Shown in pieces: positions 59,522 to 64,000 of a stretch of DNA of 64,000 nucleotides. The position numbers were made by a program, and so were the translations under genes. Within the stretch, counting starts at the first letter, position 1, and each line of letters opens with the position of its first letter. This DNA is from an uncultured Acidobacteriota bacterium. GTDB lineage: Bacteria > Acidobacteriota > Thermoanaerobaculia > Multivoradales > UBA5704. The notes beneath the pieces are model-generated. The model was not told the DNA's origin and ran no database searches. It saw nothing but the letters and a program-made list of their open reading frames with translations. The stretch spans positions 2,400,001 through 2,464,000 of the forward strand of contig CAVYRF010000002.1 in assembly GCA_963770895.1 (NCBI GenBank), written 5' to 3'.

Positions 59522-60055
59522 ATAGACAAGACGACGCGGATCAACGAAAGGATCCGGGTGCGCGAAGTGAGACTGGTGGAAGCCGACGGCTCGCAGGCGG
59601 GGATTGTGCCCGTCGAGGAGGCGCTGCGCCGCGCCCAGGAGCAAACGCTGGACCTGGTGGAGGTGGCGCCGACCGCCAAGCCGCCGGTCTGCCGCATCAT
59701 GGACTTCGGCAAGTTCCTCTACCAGCAGAAGAAGAAGGCGCATGAATCGAAGCGCAAGCAGAAGATCATCCACATCAAAGAGGTCAAGTTCAGGCCCAAC
59801 ATCGACGAGCACGACTACGATTTCAAGCTCAAGAACGTGGTCCGCTTCCTCGAAGACGGCGACAAGGTGAAGGCGACCGTGCAGTTCCGCGGCCGCGAGA
59901 TGGCCCGCACCGACCTTGGCCATAAACTGCTGCGCCGGGTGGCTGAAGACGTAGGGGAGCGAGGGATGCTAGAATCCAACCCCGAAATGGCGGGGAACCG
60001 GATGCACGTCATCTTTGGCCCGCCCCGTCAAGCGGTGAAGAAACCCACCGCGTAG
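59522..60055 (+). CDS. infC: Translation initiation factor IF-3, probable ATA start
   Basis: [46 protein letters not shown]; SD GGGGGTGA 7 nt before ATA 59522 (in-frame TTG at 59516 is an alternative). Confidence 0.95.
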   Translation: MDKTTRINERIRVREVRLVEADGSQAGIVPVEEALRRAQEQTLDLVEVAPTAKPPVCRIMDFGKFLYQQKKKAHESKRKQKIIHIKEVKFRPNIDEHDYDFKLKNVVRFLEDGDKVKATVQFRGREMARTDLGHKLLRRVAEDVGERGMLESNPEMAGNRMHVIFGPPRQAVKKPTA

Positions 60056-60189
60056 CTGCCGTTCCCGCCGATCCCCGCACGCCGCACCGCTCTCCAGGCT
60101 GGCTCAGCTGGCTCCAGGCGATGCCGAGCGGCGGAGCTCGTCCGGGTCCGGCTTTGGTTTTTTGCGGCTTTCCCGCAAAGGAGGCAAGC

Positions 60190-60384
60190 GTGCCCAAGCA
60201 GAAGACGCACAAGGGGGCCGCCAAGCGCTTCAAGGTCACCGGCACCGGCAAGGTCGTCCGCCACCAGGCGATGCACAGCCACATGCTGACCTCGAAGACG
60301 ACGAAGCGGAAGCGCAACCTGCGCCAGTCGGTCGAAGTGCCCACGTCGTTCGCGGGCATCATCAAGACCCTTCTTCACGACTAA
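60190..60384 (+). CDS. rpmI: 50S ribosomal protein L35
   Basis: [19 protein letters not shown]...H.L..K..KRKRNLR; SD AAAGGAGG before GTG. Confidence 0.97.
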   Translation: MPKQKTHKGAAKRFKVTGTGKVVRHQAMHSHMLTSKTTKRKRNLRQSVEVPTSFAGIIKTLLHD

Positions 60385-60520
60385 GCGATAACCCAAGGCG
60401 GCGCCGGAGGGACGGACCTGCCCCCCGGAAGCCCCTGGCCCCCGCCGCTCGCATCGGACGGCGTGTGGGCCCACCCAACCGCCGCCGCGCCAGCGCGGCA
60501 GGCAGAAACGAGGTTCGAAG

Positions 60521-60925
60521 ATGGCTCGTGTCAAGCGCGGTACCAAGCGGACGGACCGCCGCAAGAAGATTCTCGATCGTGCCAAGGGCTTTTACGGCAC
60601 TCACTCCAAAAGCCACCGCATCGCCAAGCAGGCGGTCGACAAGGCGCTGCTGTATGCCTACCGCGACCGGCGGCAAAAGAAGCGCCAGCTGCGTTCCCTG
60701 TGGATCCTGCGCATCAACGCCGCGGCGCGGCTGCACGGCCTGTCTTACAGCCGGTTCATCTCGGGGCTGAAGGCCGCGGGGTCGCTGCTCGACCGCAAGG
60801 TGCTGGCCGACATCGCGGTGCGCGACGAAGCCGCCTTCGCCGGTCTGGCGGCCGCGGCGCGCGAAGCGCTGGGCAAGGCCCCTCCCGCCGCCGGCGCGGC
60901 GTCTCACGCACCCGCGGAGGCCTGA
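60521..60925 (+). CDS. rplT: 50S ribosomal protein L20
   Basis: MARVKRG, AKG.YG, YAYRDR..KKR..R.LWI.RINAAAR..GLSYS.FI.GL, DRK.LAD.A. Confidence 0.97.
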   Translation: MARVKRGTKRTDRRKKILDRAKGFYGTHSKSHRIAKQAVDKALLYAYRDRRQKKRQLRSLWILRINAAARLHGLSYSRFISGLKAAGSLLDRKVLADIAVRDEAAFAGLAAAAREALGKAPPAAGAASHAPAEA

Positions 60926-60927
60926 CC

Positions 60928-61971
60928 TTGGCGGACGTCGGGGCGACCGTCTCCCACGTCCAGGAGTTGGGGCGCCGGTTCGCCGGCGAAGCCGCTCTGG
61001 CGGCGGACCGCCAGAGTTGGGAAGAGCTGCGCCTGCGCTGGGTCGGCCGCAAGCAGGGGATCGTGCGCGGCCTGCTCGACGGCATCAAGTCGGCGCCGCC
61101 TGCCGATCGCCGGGCGCTCGGCGAGGCGGTGAACCTGCTCAGGCAGGAAGTCGAGCAGCGCCTGGGCGCGCTCGACGCGGCGCTGGCCGAAGCGGAACGC
61201 CGTGCCGCGGCGGCGGGCGCCGCCGTCGACGTGACGCTGCCGGGGCGGCGGCCGGCGACGGGGAGCCTGCACCCGGTCACCGTGGTGATCCGCGAAATGG
61301 AGGAGATCTTCGCCGAGCTGGGCTTCAGCGTCGCCGAAGGCCCTGAAGTCGAAGACGACTACCACAACTTCGCGGCGCTCAACTTCCCGCCCGACCACCC
61401 GGCGCGCGACACCCAGGACACCTTCTTCCTGGAAAACGGCCTGCTGCTGCGCACCCACACCTCGCCGGTCCAGATCCGCACCATGCTGGCGCGGCGGCCG
61501 CCCATCCGCGTCATCTGTCCCGGCCGCGTCTACCGGCAGGACAACGACCTGCGCCATTCGCCGATGTTCCACCAGATCGAAGGCCTGGTGGTGGCGGAGG
61601 GCATCACGGTGGCGCACCTCAAGGGGACGCTGCAGGCCTTTCTGCGCCGGCTGTTTTCGCCCTCGACGCGGGTGCGCCTGCGGCCCAGCTACTTCCCCTT
61701 CACCGAGCCGTCGGCCGAGGTGGACGTCACCTGTCCCTTCTGCGCCGGCAGCGGCTGTGAGACCTGCTCGCGCAGCGGCTGGATGGAGATCCTCGGCTGC
61801 GGCATGGTCGACCCGCGCGTCCTTGCCGCCTGCGGCATCGATCCTCAGGTCTACAGCGGCTTCGCCTTCGGCATGGGGCCCGACCGCGTGGCGATGATCC
61901 GCTACGACCTGCCCAACATCCGCGTGCTGTTCGAAGGCGACGAGCGCCTGCTGCGCCAGGTGCCGGGCTGA
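60928..61971 (+). CDS. pheS: Phenylalanine--tRNA ligase alpha subunit
   Basis: DVTLPG, G.LHP, NF.ALN.P.DHPARD.QDTF, LLRTHTSPVQ.R, HSPMFHQ.EG, RPSYFPFTEPS.E.D, GFAFG.G.DR; start (TTG 60928) approximate. Confidence 0.96.
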   Translation: MADVGATVSHVQELGRRFAGEAALAADRQSWEELRLRWVGRKQGIVRGLLDGIKSAPPADRRALGEAVNLLRQEVEQRLGALDAALAEAERRAAAAGAAVDVTLPGRRPATGSLHPVTVVIREMEEIFAELGFSVAEGPEVEDDYHNFAALNFPPDHPARDTQDTFFLENGLLLRTHTSPVQIRTMLARRPPIRVICPGRVYRQDNDLRHSPMFHQIEGLVVAEGITVAHLKGTLQAFLRRLFSPSTRVRLRPSYFPFTEPSAEVDVTCPFCAGSGCETCSRSGWMEILGCGMVDPRVLAACGIDPQVYSGFAFGMGPDRVAMIRYDLPNIRVLFEGDERLLRQVPG

Positions 61972-64000
61972 TGCTCTTCTCGCTGCGCTGGCTGCGCCGC
62001 TACGTCGACCTGCCGCCCGACACCGCCGCCGTCGCGGAGCGCCTGACCTTCGCCGGCTTCACGGTGGAAGGGGTGACGCGCCTGCCGCCGCCGATCGATG
62101 ACGAAGTGCTGGACGTCGACGTCACCACCAACCGCCCCGATTGCATGTGCCACCTGGGCCTGGCGCGCGAGCTGGCGGTGCTGCTGGACAGGCCGCTGGC
62201 GGTGCCGGGGGGAGTGCCCGCCGCGACGAGCGGCGGCGCCGGCTCCCACGGCTCTGACGCCGCCGGCGGCGCCGGCGAGCGGCGCCCGGACCCGCTGGAG
62301 GCGCGCATCGCCGTCCAGGTCGCCGACCCTCTGGGCTGCCCGCGCTACGTGGCGCGGGTCGTCGACGGCCTGCAGGTGGCGCCCAGCCCTGAATGGCTGG
62401 TGGCGCAGCTCGCCGCCATCGGCCAGCGCAGCGTCAACAACGTCGTGGACGTCACCAACTTCGTCCTGTGGGAAATGGGCCAGCCGATCCACGCCTTCGA
62501 CCTCGACCGGCTGGCGGGGGGCCGCCTGACCGTGCGCCGCGCGGTTGCCGGCGAAACGCTCACCACCCTGGACGGCACGGCACGCGACCTGGCCCCCGAC
62601 ATCCTGGTGATCGCCGACGTCGAGCGCCCCGTCGCCCTGGCCGGCATCATGGGCGGCCGCAACAGCGAAGTCAGCCCGGCGACGCGCTCGGTGCTCATCG
62701 AAAGCGCCCACTTCGATCGCACCGTGGTACGCAAAGGCGCCAAGCGCCTGGGCATGCACACCGACGCCAGCCACCGCTTCGAGCGCGGCGCCGACCTGGA
62801 AGCCTGCCGCGCCGCCGCCGATCGCGTCGCGGCCCTGCTGGTCGAAGTCGCCGGCGGCCGCGCCGTCCCCGGAGCGCTCGACTGCCGCGTGCCGCCGCCC
62901 GCGCCGCGCCGCGGCCGCCTCGATCTGGCGCGCCTGGACGCCTTCACCGGCGTGCGCTTCGCCGCCGCCGACGTCGTGCGCTGGCTGACCGGCCTGGGCT
63001 TCGGCCTGGCGCCGGCGCCGGCGAGCGGCCCCCCGGCATGGGAGGTCACCGTGCCTTCGTGGCGGTGGTTCGATTTCGAGCCGCGGCCCGACGGCAGGCT
63101 CTACGAAGCGGACCTGTTCGAAGAGCCGATCCGCATCCTGGGCTTCGACGCCATCCCGGCACAGCTGCCGGCGCTGCCCGGCTCCGACGGCCCGCGCACC
63201 GAGCGCCAGCGCGCGCGCGACCGGGTGCGCCGCTGCCTGGCCGGAGCCGGTTTTGCCGAGGCGATCAACTTCGGCTTCGAAGACCCGGCGGTCGCCGCCA
63301 CTCTGCCCACCCTGCGGCCCGGCGTCGCCCCGCTGCTGCTCGCCAACCCGCTGTCGGAGCGCTACGCCGCGATGCGGGTGTCGCTGCTGGGCAACCTGGT
63401 CGACAACGCCCGCTTCAACCAGCGCCGCGGCGCCGCCGCCGTGCGCCTGTTCGAAGTCGCGTCGGTCTTTTTTGCCCGCCCGCAGCCCGCCGGCCAGGCG
63501 CCGCAGCAGCCGGACGAGCAGGAGCACGTCGCCCTGGTCTGCGGCGGCAAGGTCGGCCTGCCCTGGGACCGCGAAGTGGCGCTGGATCTCTTCGACCTGA
63601 AGGGTGTCGTCGAAGCCCTGGCGGCCGCCCTGGGTGTGCACCTGACCGCCCGCCGCGCCACCCTCCCCGGCATGCTCGCCGGCAGCACCGCGGAGCTGCT
63701 CGACACGGCCGGCGCCGTCGTCGGCATCCTGGGCCGCCTGGAAGCCACCGACGGCTACCCCCTCTTCGCCTGCGAAATCGCCCTGGCGGCCCTGCAGGGC
63801 GCCCCGCGCGCCGCCGTCCAGCTGCCGCCGCGCGTCCCCGGCATCGGCGCCGACCTGACCCTCACCCATGCGCGCGAGGTCTCCTGGACCGACCTGGCCG
63901 CGGTCATCGAATCCCTGCGCCCGGCCGACCTGGTCGACGTCACCCTCAAAGCCCGCTACGAAGGCGAAGGCGTCCCCCCAGGCGCCGTCAACACCACCAT
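61971..64000 (+). CDS. pheT: Phenylalanine--tRNA ligase beta subunit, short form, 3' truncated by window edge
   Basis: ATG overlaps pheS TGA; translated by hand: MLFSLRWL..YV, DVTTNRPDCMC.LGLARE, NNVVDVTNFV..E.GQP.HAFD, ALAGIMGG..SE, TDAS.RFERG, LANPLSE. Confidence 0.95.
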   Translation, partial: MLFSLRWLRRYVDLPPDTAAVAERLTFAGFTVEGVTRLPPPIDDEVLDVDVTTNRPDCMCHLGLARELAVLLDRPLAVPGGVPAATSGGAGSHGSDAAGGAGERRPDPLEARIAVQVADPLGCPRYVARVVDGLQVAPSPEWLVAQLAAIGQRSVNNVVDVTNFVLWEMGQPIHAFDLDRLAGGRLTVRRAVAGETLTTLDGTARDLAPDILVIADVERPVALAGIMGGRNSEVSPATRSVLIESAHFDRTVVRKGAKRLGMHTDASHRFERGADLEACRAAADRVAALLVEVAGGRAVPGALDCRVPPPAPRRGRLDLARLDAFTGVRFAAADVVRWLTGLGFGLAPAPASGPPAWEVTVPSWRWFDFEPRPDGRLYEADLFEEPIRILGFDAIPAQLPALPGSDGPRTERQRARDRVRRCLAGAGFAEAINFGFEDPAVAATLPTLRPGVAPLLLANPLSERYAAMRVSLLGNLVDNARFNQRRGAAAVRLFEVASVFFARPQPAGQAPQQPDEQEHVALVCGGKVGLPWDREVALDLFDLKGVVEALAAALGVHLTARRATLPGMLAGSTAELLDTAGAVVGILGRLEATDGYPLFACEIALAALQGAPRAAVQLPPRVPGIGADLTLTHAREVSWTDLAAVIESLRPADLVDVTLKARYEGEGVPPGAVNTT

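Noticed and set aside
54732-63869. Long minus-strand ORFs (760, 686, 655 aa) opposite VWA, thrS and pheT
   Set aside because: Antisense shadows of recognised genes

Overview
High-GC chromosomal window, most likely from an Acidobacteriota genome, possibly Thermoanaerobaculia-like. This is an inference from the Oar-like TonB-dependent receptor, the 'VWFA-related acidobacterial' proteins, the sulfatase-TPR fusions and the short PheT. Housekeeping genes include def, rlmH, dksA, a holA-like gene, mutM, udk, mtaB, lhr, rlmI, two tRNA-Val and thrS-infC-rpmI-rplT-pheS-pheT. No CRISPR array, integrase, transposase or rRNA was seen; a vapBC pair is the only candidate recent insertion. The best candidate for an undescribed system is a ~19 kb cell-envelope locus (37.7-57.0 kb). 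It has a putative sigma54-driven TonB-dependent receptor, TPR proteins, two sulfatase-fold/TPR enzymes with Thr at the nucleophile position and a pentein-fold protein, with a divergent transglutaminase-like/TPR protein and two VWA paralogues. Other notable signals: a cysteine-degenerate Rv2578c-like radical-SAM gene behind a possible SOS box next to mutM, three ~114-bp decayed copies of the holA 3' end, several apparent pseudo-enzymes, a PTPS-III-type pterin enzyme, a candidate structured RNA and many apparently leaderless genes. All calls come from reading motifs by eye; no database searches or folding computations were run.
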